DNA from: Gemmatimonadaceae bacterium
GTDB taxonomy: Bacteria; Gemmatimonadota; Gemmatimonadetes; Gemmatimonadales; Gemmatimonadaceae
NCBI GenBank assembly: GCA_035650335.1
Contig: DASRHU010000052.1
Location: forward strand, 17,043 to 81,042
Length of the DNA: 64,000 nucleotides
Reading direction: 5' to 3'
The notes below the pieces were generated by a model. It saw only the letters and a list, made by a program, of their open reading frames with translations. It was not told where the DNA came from and searched no databases. This document shows, piece after piece, positions 46,797 through 54,935 of this stretch (positions are counted from its first letter, which is position 1; each line of letters starts with the position of its first letter). The position numbers and the translations under genes are program-made.

Positions 46797-46899
46797 AGTG
46801 CCTCAGGTCTTACGGGGCAGCGTTCACCACACGTACCGCTGCTACCTGCGGGGTCCTGACGGGATTAGTGAGCTCCCGCTCCCCGGGACCTGAGGCACC
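46797..46899 (-). ncRNA. ffs: Signal recognition particle RNA (small bacterial 4.5S type)
   Basis: A minus-strand transcript of about 100 nt closed by a perfect 12-bp helix (GGTGCCTCAGGTC...GACCTGAGGCAC). The domain IV core GTCAGG-ACC-loop-GGT-AGCAGC matches the conserved GUCAGGUCCGGAAGGAAGCAGC, with the 5' AGG / 3' AGCA symmetric loop intact. It has its own promoter and terminator and the classic position upstream of dnaX-ybaB-recR. Confidence 0.8.
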
Positions 46900-46902
46900 G
46901 GG

Positions 46903-46931
46903 AATCTAGTCGAGGTCGGGGGCCGATTCAA
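46903..46931 (-). promoter_or_regulatory. Candidate sigma-70 promoter of ffs (TTGAAT-N17-TAGATT)
   Basis: Minus-strand TTGAAT at 46931-46926 and TAGATT at 46908-46903. The first G of the RNA closing helix lies 4-7 nt downstream. Confidence 0.55.
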
Positions 46932-46933
46932 TT

Positions 46934-47084
46934 GGGCCATGGGCCAAGGGCCAGGGGCCAGGGGCCAGGGGTGCGGTAAGGCAACGGCGGCCAACGGCCG
47001 CCGTTGCTCATCAATGAGGCGGCTGCGGCGATAGCCGCGCCGCCCTTTCAACCCCCCTGGCCCTTGGCCCCTGGCCCTTGGCCC
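46934..47084. repeat. Palindromic element: arms of GGGCCAN heptads (5 units), 80-nt spacer containing two GC hairpins
   Basis: Left arm gggccat gggccaa gggccag gggccag gggccag ggg (46934-46971). Right arm ccccccctggcccttggcccctggcccttggccc (47052-47084). Inner hairpins at 46981-47007 (perfect 12-bp stem) and about 47019-47045. Confidence 0.9.
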
Positions 47085-48133
47085 GGAGTTCTCAGCCCCT
47101 GGCCCTCGCCCGCCATGCGCTCGAGAACCTGCCTAACGACACTCCCCGCCATGCGCACCGCACTCTCCCCGACGTCCAGGTGCGTTACCGCGCGAATGCG
47201 CGTCGGCGACCAGACCGTCAGCAGCACGTCACGGCGCGCGGCCTCGGCGACGACGGCAGACGCCTCGAGCGAGCCCGGGAGGTCGAGCATCACGATGTTC
47301 GTGTCCGGAGGAACCACACGCGCCCCGGCCACTCCGTCGACCAGCGATGCATAGAGACGCGCGGTCGCGTGGTCATCGGAAATGCGCGGCAGGTGCGCAT
47401 CGAGTGCGTACAACGCGGCGGCCGCGAGAATGCCCGACTGTCGCATTCCGCCGCCGAAGCGCTTTCGAACCGACCACCCTTCCGCGATCACGTCTCGCGA
47501 GCCGGCGAGCGCCGCACCAATGGGGCATCCGAGCCCTTTGGAGAACGACACCATCACCGTATCGGCCACTGAGGCGAGAGTCGCGAGGCTCTCGCCGCTC
47601 GCCGCCGCGGCGTTCCACAGCCGGGCGCCATCGAGATGCACCGCGAGCGCGTGAGCACGCGCCACGTTCGCGATCGCACGCATCTCCCCGAGCGGCGTGA
47701 CGAGCCCGCCTGCTCCGTTGTGCGTGTTCTCGAGGCACACCAGCGACGCGGACGGAACGTGCTTCGACGGTGATCGAACGGTCGCGGTCAGCCCGGCCGC
47801 ATCCATGACCGGTGCGCCAGTCACCGGGCGAACCTGCACACCCGCGAGCGCCGCGGCGCCCGCCATCTCGTAATGGAGAATGTGAGCGCCGGCGTCGAGC
47901 AGGACTTCCGTGCCCGGTCGCGACAGGAGCCACACCGCGGTCTGGTTGGCCATCGTCCCACTGGGAAAGAAGAGCGCCGCCTCCTTTCCCAGGAGCTCCG
48001 CCACTCGCTGCTCCAGCCGTTTCACCGTCGGGTCGCCGTCGAGCACGTCGTCACCCACGTCGGCGTCCGCGATCGCCCGCCGCATGGCGGGCGTCGGTTT
48101 CGTCACGGTATCGCTGCGAAGGTCGATGGGCAT
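47048..48133 (-). CDS. ltaE: Low-specificity L-threonine aldolase
   Basis: The start is taken at the internal ATG: MPIDLRSDTVTKPTPAMRRAIADADVGDDVLDGDPTV...FFPSGTMANQ...SFSKGLGCPIG (PLP Lys). The last ~12 codons (PGQGPGAKGQGG) are encoded by the right arm of the repeat element. The upstream 104 aa of the track ORF are rejected. Confidence 0.85.
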   Translation of the reverse strand: MPIDLRSDTVTKPTPAMRRAIADADVGDDVLDGDPTVKRLEQRVAELLGKEAALFFPSGTMANQTAVWLLSRPGTEVLLDAGAHILHYEMAGAAALAGVQVRPVTGAPVMDAAGLTATVRSPSKHVPSASLVCLENTHNGAGGLVTPLGEMRAIANVARAHALAVHLDGARLWNAAAASGESLATLASVADTVMVSFSKGLGCPIGAALAGSRDVIAEGWSVRKRFGGGMRQSGILAAAALYALDAHLPRISDDHATARLYASLVDGVAGARVVPPDTNIVMLDLPGSLEASAVVAEAARRDVLLTVWSPTRIRAVTHLDVGESAVRMAGSVVRQVLERMAGEGQGLRTPGQGPGAKGQGG

Positions 48134-48176
48134 GATGGGAAGATGCGCGACCTTCGCGTCACCAGAAACCCGGCGA

Positions 48177-48211
48177 CGACAAAAAAACCCCGCCGGTTCG
48201 CACCGGCGGGG
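48177..48211 (-). terminator. Rho-independent terminator
   Basis: Minus strand CCCCGCCGG TGCGAA CCGGCGGGG TTTTTTTGTCG, 18 nt after the lipoprotein stop. Confidence 0.75.
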
Positions 48212-48228
48212 CCACGGGACCCGCGTCC

Positions 48229-48498
48229 CTAGTCCGGTCTCTTGCGCACCGTCGGCACCTTCATGGTGACGGTGTCTTTCCCCAGCGTAATCGAGCTGTC
48301 GGTCACATCCACGTCGGGTACGACGACCCGTTTGCTCTCGGTGCCAATCGTTATTTCGGAATTGGCCGGGTCGGTGACACGAGTGGTGTCGCCCAGGGTG
48401 TCGATCGCGCCGCTGTCGGCCTCGTTGCGGACCTCGGCCCGACACGCCGCGAGCATGATCACTGCGAACACCGCGGACGTCAGCATCTGCTTTTTCAC
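48229..48498 (-). CDS. Small lipoprotein (89 aa)
   Basis: Signal peptide with a lipobox (MKKQMLTSAVFAVIMLAAC). Followed by a canonical terminator. Confidence 0.6.
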   Translation of the reverse strand: MKKQMLTSAVFAVIMLAACRAEVRNEADSGAIDTLGDTTRVTDPANSEITIGTESKRVVVPDVDVTDSSITLGKDTVTMKVPTVRKRPD

Positions 48499-48553
48499 GG
48501 GTTCCTCCGAGTACTGACCGTCCCCGGAAGGGGCAACCTTTAGGCCACCTGCG

Positions 48554-49468
48554 CTACGCCACTTCCTCGAACGTCTCCCGTTGGAGCCGCCTGACGCGCC
48601 TCAACTCGTAGACCTGCCCCACCTCGCCGCCGAGGATGAAGATCACCGACGTGTAATAGACCCACGTCACGATGATCACGATGACGTAGAGCGTCCCCGT
48701 GTACAGGCTTCCGGGATTGAACGACTCGAGAAAGGCGGTGAATCCGTACCTGGCCAGCTCGAACATGGCGCTCGTGAAGCCCGCCGCCAGTAACGCCGCC
48801 TGCCAGCGAATCTTCCTGACCGGCAGGAACTTGTAGAGGGCGAAGAACATGAGCACGAGCACCGCGAAGGCGAGCGTCCACCCCACGTAGAACTCGAGCC
48901 GCCCCATGACGTCGCGCGCGAGGCCGAAGCGCTCGAGCGCGCCCACGCCCCGAGTGGTGGCGAGCGTCAGGTAGGTGCTCAGCAGCGTGTTGGCGGCGAA
49001 GAGCAGCGACGCCAGCACGGTGATCTTGATGTCGAAGATCTTTCCCTGGACAATGCCGCGTTCCTGCTCGATGTCGAAGATCTCGGCCAGGACGGCACGC
49101 AACGACCCGAAGAGCCGCGTCGAGAACCATACGAATGCGATGGCCCCGACGAAGCCCACCGCTCCGCGTGTGGCGATGATCTCGTTGATGAGCTTGTGCA
49201 GCGGGGAATCGGAGCTCTCGGAATGCGGGGGGAGCAGCCGCTCGATGAACACCCACACGCCTGACGAGGCATCGGCGGTGGTCTGGTCGAGGATGTATCC
49301 GAGCGCCGAGAAGAGGAGGAGAACGAACGGCACGGCGGCGAGAAGGAGGTTGAACGACACCCCTCCCGCCAGAAAGAAAATGTTGTCCTCGCCCGCGTTG
49401 TCCCAGACACGTTTCGCGTAGTCGCGCAGCGTCCACGCGATCCGCTTGGGGAGCGGCCGGCGCGGCAT
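48554..49468 (-). CDS. YihY/virulence factor BrkB-family membrane protein
   Basis: 304 aa: DNIFFLAGGVSFNLLLAAVPFVLLL, six hydrophobic segments, and C-terminal ILGGEVG. Confidence 0.85.
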   Translation of the reverse strand: MPRRPLPKRIAWTLRDYAKRVWDNAGEDNIFFLAGGVSFNLLLAAVPFVLLLFSALGYILDQTTADASSGVWVFIERLLPPHSESSDSPLHKLINEIIATRGAVGFVGAIAFVWFSTRLFGSLRAVLAEIFDIEQERGIVQGKIFDIKITVLASLLFAANTLLSTYLTLATTRGVGALERFGLARDVMGRLEFYVGWTLAFAVLVLMFFALYKFLPVRKIRWQAALLAAGFTSAMFELARYGFTAFLESFNPGSLYTGTLYVIVIIVTWVYYTSVIFILGGEVGQVYELRRVRRLQRETFEEVA

Positions 49469-49502
49469 ACGCTAGGTGCGGCGGCGGCCCGGAGGCCGCC
49501 GC

Positions 49503-49991
49503 TCAGCCTTCGGCTTCGTCGAGATCCTCGTCGATGTCCGCGTCGACGGATGCCTCGGCGCGCGCGCGCCGGGACTGGCGCGCCACGTCGGCGCCCGCCT
49601 GATACGCGGCCTTGCTCTCGGCGATGCGCCGCTCGAGGTCTTCGCGCGCCTGGTGCGCCGCGGCGCGACCGGCGGCGATCGCCTGCTCCGCCTGGCGACG
49701 CTTGAGATCGATCGCCGAGCGCGCGGCTTCGAGCTTGTCCTCGACGGTGCGGCGCGCATGCTCGTACCGGTCGGTGACGTCGTCGGCCAGCTCCTCCGCC
49801 TTCTCGCGCGCGGCGCGCTTCACCTTGCGAGCGCTCCGCCGCAAACGACGTCGTGTCTCGAGCCCCGAATCGGGAGCGAGCAGCAGCGCGACGCCGGCAC
49901 CCAGCGCGATGCCGAAGAGGAACGAGCCGAAGCTTCCGCTGCTGCGCTCGATCACCACATACGGCTCATCGTCGTAATCGTGTCTCGACAT
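49503..49991 (-). CDS. YtxH-domain protein
   Basis: 162 aa with FLFGIALGAGVALLLAPDSGLETRRRL (YtxH motif) followed by a long charged helical region. Confidence 0.7.
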   Translation of the reverse strand: MSRHDYDDEPYVVIERSSGSFGSFLFGIALGAGVALLLAPDSGLETRRRLRRSARKVKRAAREKAEELADDVTDRYEHARRTVEDKLEAARSAIDLKRRQAEQAIAAGRAAAHQAREDLERRIAESKAAYQAGADVARQSRRARAEASVDADIDEDLDEAEG

Positions 49992-50003
49992 GTGCGATCT
50001 CTC

Positions 50004-51470
50004 CTAACGACGCTTCTTCGCTTTCGGCTCTTCCTTTTTCGCCTTCACGGTCGCGGTGACCGTGCGTTTCTCGGCACGCGCCCCGTTTTCGGTGCCGTTT
50101 CCGCTGAGCAGCCGCGTCAGCTCGCCGCGCAACTCGCCCGCACTGACGCCCAGCAGCTTCGCCGATCGTTCGACGTCGCCACCAGTGGACGCGAAGGTCC
50201 GAAGCACCAGCTGCCGCCTCGCGTCCGCAAGGGACGAGCCGACGGGAACGCTCACCACCGCCGGGACTTCGCCAGTCGTGCGCAGGTGTCGTGGGACGAT
50301 GTCCGCCGCGCCAATGATGCCGCTGCGTGACATGATCACCGCGCGCTCGACGGCGTTCTTCAGCTCACGGACGTTGCCCGGCCAATTGTACGACAGGATC
50401 CACTCCCAGGCGGCGTCATCGAAGCCGGTCACCTTCTTGTTGTTCTGCCGGGCAAAGCGCAGCAGGAACTCGTTGGCGAGCAGCTTGATGTCACCAACGC
50501 GCTCGCGGAGCGGCGGCAGGTAGATGGGCACGACCGCCAGGCGATAGTAGAGATCCTCGCGAAGCTCGTTGTCGGCCAGAGCCTTCTCGAGATCCTTGTT
50601 CGTCGCCGCGACCACGCGGATGTCGACGTTGATCTCCTTCTTGCCGCCGAGCCGGCGCACCTGGCGCGACTCCAGTGCGCGAAGGAGCTTCACCTGGATG
50701 TCGGTCGGCATCTCCGCGACTTCGTCGAGGAAGATCGTGCCGCCGTGCGCCAGCTCGAACGCTCCCTGCTTCTCGTTGGTCGAGCCGGTGAAGGCGCCCT
50801 TCTCGTGGCCGAACAGCTCGTTCTCGAGAATGTCCTTGGGAAGCGCCGCGCAGTTGAGTGCGAAGAACGGACCTTTTGCCCGGTCGCTCTTGGCGTGCAG
50901 CGCGCGGGCGACCAGCTCCTTTCCCGTTCCCGATTCGCCGAGAATGATCACGCTCGCCGTCGACGGGGCGACCGCGTCGATGAGCTGATAGACGGACCGC
51001 ATCTGCTCGGACTGGCCAGTGAGCTCGCCGAAGTGCGTGAGGTTCTCGAGCTCGCTCGTCAGGGCGCGATTCGTCTGCTTCACCACGAACTTGTCGAGCG
51101 CCTTCGGAATGAGCGCCTTCAGGCGATTCAGCTTCTCGCTGTTGAGGGGCTTCTCGATGTAGTCGTACGCGCCCTGTCGCATTGCCTGGACGGCGGAGTC
51201 TACCGTCGCCTGGCCGGTGATGATGATGCACTCGGTGTGGATCTCGCGCTGCTGCATCTCCTTGAGGAGGGCGAGTCCGTCGAGCTTCGGCATCTTGAGG
51301 TCAGCGAGGATGACGCCGTACGCCTCGTTCGACAGACGCTCGAGCGCCTTCTGGCCGTCGACGGCGACATCGACGGTGTAGCCCTCGTCCGAGAGGATGG
51401 CGCCCAGGCCGTCGGTGATCGATCGCTCGTCGTCGGCGATCAGAATCTTCGCCTGCTGCTTCGTCGTCAT
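50004..51470 (-). CDS. Sigma-54-dependent response regulator (NtrC type)
   Basis: 488 aa. Receiver (ILIADDE...ILADLKMPKLDG), AAA+ domain (GESGTGKE, ENELFGHEKGAFTGS), HTH (GGDVERSAKLLGVSAGEL), and a Lys-rich tail. ATGA overlap with the upstream kinase-like gene. Confidence 0.93.
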   Translation of the reverse strand: MTTKQQAKILIADDERSITDGLGAILSDEGYTVDVAVDGQKALERLSNEAYGVILADLKMPKLDGLALLKEMQQREIHTECIIITGQATVDSAVQAMRQGAYDYIEKPLNSEKLNRLKALIPKALDKFVVKQTNRALTSELENLTHFGELTGQSEQMRSVYQLIDAVAPSTASVIILGESGTGKELVARALHAKSDRAKGPFFALNCAALPKDILENELFGHEKGAFTGSTNEKQGAFELAHGGTIFLDEVAEMPTDIQVKLLRALESRQVRRLGGKKEINVDIRVVAATNKDLEKALADNELREDLYYRLAVVPIYLPPLRERVGDIKLLANEFLLRFARQNNKKVTGFDDAAWEWILSYNWPGNVRELKNAVERAVIMSRSGIIGAADIVPRHLRTTGEVPAVVSVPVGSSLADARRQLVLRTFASTGGDVERSAKLLGVSAGELRGELTRLLSGNGTENGARAEKRTVTATVKAKKEEPKAKKRR

Positions 51471-52054
51471 GCGGTTTCGGCACTGCGCGTGAGCGCGGGA
51501 AAGAGCAAGGTCAGACCGCTTGGCTCCGACTGGAACTTAATGCCTGCCGGAAGTCTGGGTGTGACGCGAGGTCCCGAGAAGTGCGCGGCGATGCGATCTC
51601 CGTTCCGCTCGATGTGTACCCGAATCGCGACCCCCGGGCCAACCATGGCGTCGAGGATGAGGGCGAGCGCGGTACGGGCCTCGTCTGCGGCCATGTCGAT
51701 ACCCGTCGACCCCTCACTGAGGTCCATCGCGACGCTTCCGCCTTCTGCCCTGGCGAGGGCGTCGTACAACGTGATCACCGGACCCGCGAGCACGGCGAGA
51801 TCCGGGTTGGCCGGACGCGCGAGGGCCAATAACGCTTCGACCAGGCGTGCCACCCGTTCCAGCTCCCCGCTCGCGGCGACCGCGAAAGGGAGCAGCGCCG
51901 CCGGGTCGGCGCTTCCGCGCTCACACCGCGAGCGTACCACCTCGAGGTTGACGGTGACCGCGTTGAGCGGGTTCTTGATCTCGTGCGCGATCCGACCGGC
52001 CAGACCTTGTAGCGCTCCAAGCCATTGGCTGGACGAAGCGCCGTCCCCCGTCAT
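51467..52054 (-). CDS. Sensor-less histidine-kinase-like protein (HisKA plus a short, degenerate ATPase-like domain)
   Basis: 195 aa. H-box RIAHEIKNPLNAV lies only 20 aa from the N-terminus, with no TM or sensor domain. The C-terminal ~100 aa lack a clear N-box Asn (LILDAM) and clear G1/G2 boxes (ERNGDRI, PSGLTL). Confidence 0.7.
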   Translation of the reverse strand: MTGDGASSSQWLGALQGLAGRIAHEIKNPLNAVTVNLEVVRSRCERGSADPAALLPFAVAASGELERVARLVEALLALARPANPDLAVLAGPVITLYDALARAEGGSVAMDLSEGSTGIDMAADEARTALALILDAMVGPGVAIRVHIERNGDRIAAHFSGPRVTPRLPAGIKFQSEPSGLTLLFPALTRSAETA

Positions 52055-53478
52055 TCGCCAGCGTCGGGATCATCCGGCGCCGCGACGACCGCGGGGGTCA
52101 AAGCGTCCGGCGCGCGCCGATGCTGCTCGGCGGGCGACACCCACTTCTCCACCAGCTCGGCCGTCCCGACTACGCCCAGTTTCTGGAACAGGAACGCGAA
52201 CTTCTCGTCGTACACGCGCGCCAGCGTCTCGCGAACCCCCTGAGGCAGATCCCACAGCTCGCGCTTGAAGGGACCGAGCGCCTTCTTGCGTGTCTTGTAG
52301 TAGAACTGGTCGGCCGAGTCTTTCGGCTTGCGCTCATCGGCGGCGTTCTGATCGAGCCAGCGGTAAATCTTCTCACGCATGTCCGGCGGGAGATGATCGT
52401 ACAGCAGGTTCTGGAAGTTCGTCGCGAGGTGGATCTCGCAGGCGCCGACCTTCGGGAACGCGTTGAAGGCATCGTCAGGCAGCGTCGACGCTCCGTGCTG
52501 GACGGCACCCGCCAACCCATATTCCTTCTGCGCGACGCGTGACAGCTCCTCGAGCGCCTCGAGATCGAGCTTCACCTCGGCGATCTTGCCATCGGGGAGT
52601 ACTACGCCGCCGTGCGACGTCCCGGTTTGCACGCTGATCTTCGACAGCCCCACCGCCTGCCGGCCGACGCGTTCGCGAAGCGTGCGGTTGTACCCTTCCA
52701 TGAACGCGCGCAATTCGTGGACATTCGAATTGTGCCCCCCGACCTCTCCGATCTCGCCACCGACCGAGATCGTGACATTGTCGGGCTCGATCTCCCGAAT
52801 GTAGGACGTAATCTCGACGGCCTGCTCGTAGTTGAGGCGTTGCTGCTCGTCGAGCGTCGGTTTCGAGATGTCCACCAACGTGGAGGTATCGACGTCGACG
52901 TTGTAGAACCCGGCGGTGATGGCCTCCATGGCCAGCTGCTTCACCGCCGCCACCTCGCCGCTCGAGTCGACCGCGAACTTCTTGGCGTTGACCTGGAAGT
53001 GATCGCCCTGGATGAACACCGGGCCGCGGAACCCCTCACGCAGCGCGGCCGCCAGCATCACGGCGACGTACTCGGATGGGCGCTGATCGGTATAGGCGAT
53101 CTCGGAACGAGCGATCTCCAGGATGAACGCACCGACCTCGTGGCGGATGGCGGTCCGGAAGATGGACCGTGCCGTGTCGTACGACATCCCGCGGACGTTG
53201 ATCGCCGGGACGGTCCAGCCGCCGCGCGCCTCACCCCGCCCGCGAGCGAGGTACAGGTCGTTGATCGACGCCGCTCGGACGCCGACCTCCTGTCCGATCT
53301 CCCAGATCACCCACCGCGCGTGATCGCGAGTCTGCCCCTGACCGAAGACGGCCTCACGCACCAGGGCATCCATGGCGGGCGAGGCCAGGTCGCTCTCGCG
53401 GGCAACGACGACGTGGCCGTTATCAACGCGAATCGCTCCCCCGAGCGTCTGCACGGCCCGGGTCGCATTATTGGACAT
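52051..53478 (-). CDS. Class II (metal-dependent) fructose/ketose-bisphosphate aldolase family protein, long form
   Basis: 475 aa: PAINVRG, FIQGDHFQV, SVGGEIGEVGG, SVQTGTSHGGV, AVQHGASTLP. These match the class II aldolase segments (.LDH., E.G.GG.E, GTSHG, LHG.S). ATGA overlap with the downstream kinase-like gene. Confidence 0.8.
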   Translation of the reverse strand: MSNNATRAVQTLGGAIRVDNGHVVVARESDLASPAMDALVREAVFGQGQTRDHARWVIWEIGQEVGVRAASINDLYLARGRGEARGGWTVPAINVRGMSYDTARSIFRTAIRHEVGAFILEIARSEIAYTDQRPSEYVAVMLAAALREGFRGPVFIQGDHFQVNAKKFAVDSSGEVAAVKQLAMEAITAGFYNVDVDTSTLVDISKPTLDEQQRLNYEQAVEITSYIREIEPDNVTISVGGEIGEVGGHNSNVHELRAFMEGYNRTLRERVGRQAVGLSKISVQTGTSHGGVVLPDGKIAEVKLDLEALEELSRVAQKEYGLAGAVQHGASTLPDDAFNAFPKVGACEIHLATNFQNLLYDHLPPDMREKIYRWLDQNAADERKPKDSADQFYYKTRKKALGPFKRELWDLPQGVRETLARVYDEKFAFLFQKLGVVGTAELVEKWVSPAEQHRRAPDALTPAVVAAPDDPDAGE

Positions 53479-53548
53479 CCAACCTCCGAAAGTATTGCCG
53501 TGCCTGACGTACTTTGGCCGTAGCGGGTGCGTTCGGCAAGGGTAATTC

Positions 53549-54934
53549 TCACACTATCGCGCGGGGATCGGGCTTCGGCAACGCGTCCCATTCCTGGCGC
53601 GCATCGCGCGCGTCCGGGCGCCCCAACATCGCATAGGTGTACCGCTTTCCGAGCTCCACCCCGGGCTGGTCGAGCGGATTGACCTCGTACAGCGCCCCGG
53701 CGACCACCGTCGCGATCGCGAGCATCATTAGCAACGACCCCACATGCCACGCGTCGCGGGTATCGAGTGTGATCGTCATGTTCGGCCGACCGCGGCGCGC
53801 GAGCGCACCCGCCGTCGCCCGGCGCTCGATATCGAGCAGCTCGCCAAGGGAGTGACCCCCGAGATAAGCCAGCTCCGGCACATCGGGGTGCAGGGATGGA
53901 ATCTGGATGTCGGCTGTCCCGGCGGCGACGGTGATGAACGTGACCGTCTTGTCGAGCGGCCCTTCCATGAAGAGCTGCACCTGCGAGTGCTGGTCGGTTG
54001 CGCCGAGCGCGGGAATCGGTGTCGGACCGACGCTCGTGCCGTCAGCCCGGATCTTTCCCAGACTCTCCGCCCACAGCTGCACGAACCAGTCACCGACGTC
54101 GCGCAGATTGTCGGTGTACGGCATGATGACGTGAGTTCCGAGCCCATGCCGGGCGTCGGCCATCCATTGCAGAATCGCATACATCGCGGCCGGATTACGG
54201 AGCAGCTCGCGTGCGCCGCATCGCTCGGCCATGTCGCCCGCGCCCGCCATGAGCGCCTGGATGTCGATGCCGATGAGCGCCGCCGGCAGCAATCCGACCG
54301 CCGACATGACGCTGAACCGGCCGCCGACGTTGGATGGAATGTCGAGCGCCGGGATCGATTCCTCTCGGGCGATGCGCCGCAGCGATCCCTTTTCGGGATC
54401 GGTGACGAAAACGAGATGCCGGCGGAAGTTGTCGCCGAGCGCGTCGATGAGCCGGCCGCGAACGACGAGATACTGCGCCATCGTCTCCGCCGTGCCACCG
54501 GATTTCGAAACGACGAGAAAGAGCGTTCGCCCCAGCTCGATGCGACCGAGCAACTCGCCGATCGTCACCGGGTCGACATTCTCGAGCACGTGCATGCGCG
54601 GGAAATAGTCACGCGCCTCATCGCCGAGCTCGTTCCAGCGGATCGACCGGAGGGCCGAGCGTAACGCGATCGGGCCGAGCGCCGAGCCGCCAATGCCGAG
54701 GACGACGATGTCGCTGAAGGCCTGCCCCGCCCCTTCGGCGAACCGAAGGATCTGCTGCGTGCTATCGTGCGCGGCAGGAAGATCGAGAAAGCCGAGCTCC
54801 CCTCGCCCGCGGCGCTCGTCGAGCACCGCCATCGCCCGCGCGAACAGGTCGGTTGCACCCGCCAGCGCGGCACGGGGAATCCCTCCCGGCACGTACTCCG
54901 CGAGCATGTTCGTGTAATCGAGCCGTAGCGCCAT
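53549..54934 (-). CDS. pgi: Glucose-6-phosphate isomerase
   Basis: The start is taken at MALRLDYTNML. VVLGIGGSALGP, FLVVSKSGGTAET, GGRFSVMSAVGLLPA. Confidence 0.9.
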   Translation of the reverse strand: MALRLDYTNMLAEYVPGGIPRAALAGATDLFARAMAVLDERRGRGELGFLDLPAAHDSTQQILRFAEGAGQAFSDIVVLGIGGSALGPIALRSALRSIRWNELGDEARDYFPRMHVLENVDPVTIGELLGRIELGRTLFLVVSKSGGTAETMAQYLVVRGRLIDALGDNFRRHLVFVTDPEKGSLRRIAREESIPALDIPSNVGGRFSVMSAVGLLPAALIGIDIQALMAGAGDMAERCGARELLRNPAAMYAILQWMADARHGLGTHVIMPYTDNLRDVGDWFVQLWAESLGKIRADGTSVGPTPIPALGATDQHSQVQLFMEGPLDKTVTFITVAAGTADIQIPSLHPDVPELAYLGGHSLGELLDIERRATAGALARRGRPNMTITLDTRDAWHVGSLLMMLAIATVVAGALYEVNPLDQPGVELGKRYTYAMLGRPDARDARQEWDALPKPDPRAIV

Positions 54935-54935
54935 G

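Noticed and set aside
45276-46859. 527-aa plus-strand ORF antisense to dnaX; similar cases at 12386-14017, 50745-52268, 59556-60719 and 61943-63037
   Set aside because: The reasoning is the same. All overlap genes with clear catalytic motifs on the other strand and show shadow-ORF composition.
47048-48445. Extended 465-aa version of the threonine aldolase ORF, and the extended versions of tal, pgi, MBL, susD and dnaX
   Set aside because: The conserved protein cores begin at internal Met or Val codons (for example MPIDLRSDTVTKP). The upstream extensions are Arg-rich, run across terminators or intergenic hairpins, and are not needed.
53479-53548. Sigma-54 promoter (TGGCAC-N5-TTGC) near the two NtrC-type regulators and their operons
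   Set aside because: GGCAC-containing words (for example AGGCACGGCAAT upstream of the aldolase gene, and others near 715, 8210 and 57172) lack the GC dinucleotide at the required 10-nt spacing, or face the wrong way. None is reported as a feature.
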